A stretch of 64,000 bases of DNA from Paraspadella gotoi. Lineage: Eukaryota > Animalia > Chaetognatha. Of the stretch, positions 62,553 to 64,000 are shown in pieces (position 1 is the stretch's first letter; every line of letters begins with the position of its first letter). A program made the translations under genes and the position numbers. The DNA is taken from contig CM119264.1 of the NCBI GenBank assembly GCA_051294375.1, positions 31,510,470-31,574,469 on the forward strand. Reading direction: 5' to 3'. Under the pieces are notes generated by a model, which saw nothing but the letters and a program-made list of their open reading frames with translations, was not told the DNA's origin and ran no database searches.

Positions 62553-63323
62553 TATGGCAACAGCCGGGTTGCCTGTGATGCCCATTGGGATGGGGCATCT
62601 CACTGTTGGCTTTGGGGCTTCCGACCCTCAGTGACGCCTCCAGTCACTGGCGCGGTTACCCTAGGACGGTCTCGCTTTGCCAACGCAGAGGGAAGTCGTT
62701 AGGACTGTGGATGGAACACTATGCCTGGGATGGTGTGTTCCCCTCTGAGCCAAATGTATTTGGCTGAAGGATGGTGGACGTGAGGCGGTGTGAATATACC
62801 GCCACAGGATCCCGGGCCAAGACATCACTCAGGTTCCTCAAGCCTGAGAGGTGTCTGACAAGACTGTTACCATAGTGGGAAGAGAGAGAAAGCGCGAGTT
62901 GTGGGGGCATAGGCGTTTGTCGTAGCATACCCCAGGGGCATAGGCATTTGTCGTAGCGTACCCAGGGCATAGGCGTTTGTCGTAGCGTACCGAAGTCAGC
63001 AGGGCATAGGCGTTTGTCGTAGCGTACCCTGAGAAGGTTGCGTGTTCGATAGTAGGGCTCACCACTTATGGCAACAGCCGGGTTGCCTGTGATGCCCATT
63101 GGGATGGGGCATCTCACTGTTGGCTTTGGGGGCTTCCGCCCCTCAGTGACGCCTCCAGTCACTGGGCGCGGTTACCCTAGGACGGTCTCGCTTTGCCAAC
63201 GCAGAGGGAAGTCGTTAGGACTGTGGATGGAACACTACGCCTGGGATGGTGTGTTCCCCCTCTGAGCCAAATGTATTTGGCTGAAGGATGGTGGACGTGA
63301 GGCGGTGTGAATATACCGCCACA
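62553..63323 (-). mobile_element. Second full copy of the TRIM-like LTR element
   Basis: LTRs at 62553-62806 and 63067-63323 are nearly identical. The interior has four gggcataggcgtttgtcgtagc repeats (three in the other copy). Confidence 0.85.
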
Positions 63324-64000
63324 CAATACCTTTTATTGACCGAAGTAGTGATTTTTAAAAAAATTCTTGTTTAGTTGGATATCTGGGTAAGTTAAAATTA
63401 AGACCATAAAATACTGGTTGAAAATTGACTAAGAGGGTTACGAGGCGATATCTTTTTCACAAAAGTTAAAGACTTATCTGAATGTTGACTCAATAGTTAT
63501 AAAGATTTTCTTGCAATAATTATGAAATTGTTTTTATTTTCTATGCCTTGATAGTCGCTCGTTTGATTTGTCGGCCGAAAAAGTTAACAGAAGATACACT
63601 CCACGATCTTTGGTGCCGGTTGAGTTTGTCTTCAGTTTGAATCAGCGACGTCCTTGGAGTAAGAATTTGTCGTGGATTCGAAGTTGAAATATATCAACGC
63701 AGAGAATGGTTTATCAAGTGGCTTGTCTCTCTTGGCTTCTCCGTCTTTTCTTCTGATTGACCAAACAGAGAGGAGGCTTCTCTCAGGAAACCGACGGCAG
63801 AGAACGAGAGAGGGAACTAGATCACTCTTCAACTTACCTTCAAGAAACAAACATCAAACTCCTTATGGACTATTTGTTATATTGTTTATTGCCTGCCTTT
63901 TCTCTGCATAATCTACATATTTGTGTGTTAATTATCATCATCCCAAGTTGTTCTTATGTCATAAAACTCCTCCTATTTCTCCCTTAATAAACCACGCCTG

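Noticed and set aside
63570-64000. Possible start of a gene or LINE endonuclease (YLQET) at the window end
   Set aside because: Short overlapping ORFs with no further motifs, truncated by the window edge.

Overview
AT-rich, microsatellite-dense eukaryotic (animal-like) genomic DNA from a gappy, error-prone assembly. Nearly all ORF-track entries are translations of simple repeats. Two spliced genes can be read by hand on the + strand with fully consistent intron phases. (1) The 3' part (7 exons, about 482 aa) of a single-pass immunoglobulin-superfamily membrane protein of nephrin/echinoid/Sidestep-like type, spanning 3310-51934 with one intron of about 40 kb. (2) A complete 14-exon DEG/ENaC channel gene (56003-60612, 598 aa) with non-canonical HG and GxS motifs. 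The rest is transposon-derived or repetitive: Penelope-like fragments with minimal hammerhead ribozymes, a TRIM-like LTR element (two full copies and a solo LTR), DINE-1/Helentron-like elements, a MULE-type MITE, tRNA-derived repeats, minisatellites, and multi-kb tandem duplications that may be assembly artefacts. The most unusual pattern is that the last ~40 nt of an exon plus its 5' splice site are tandemly amplified into the following intron at two separate exons of the Ig gene (4 and 12 copies). A possible third case lies on the minus strand. No database searches were run; family assignments rest on motif recognition.
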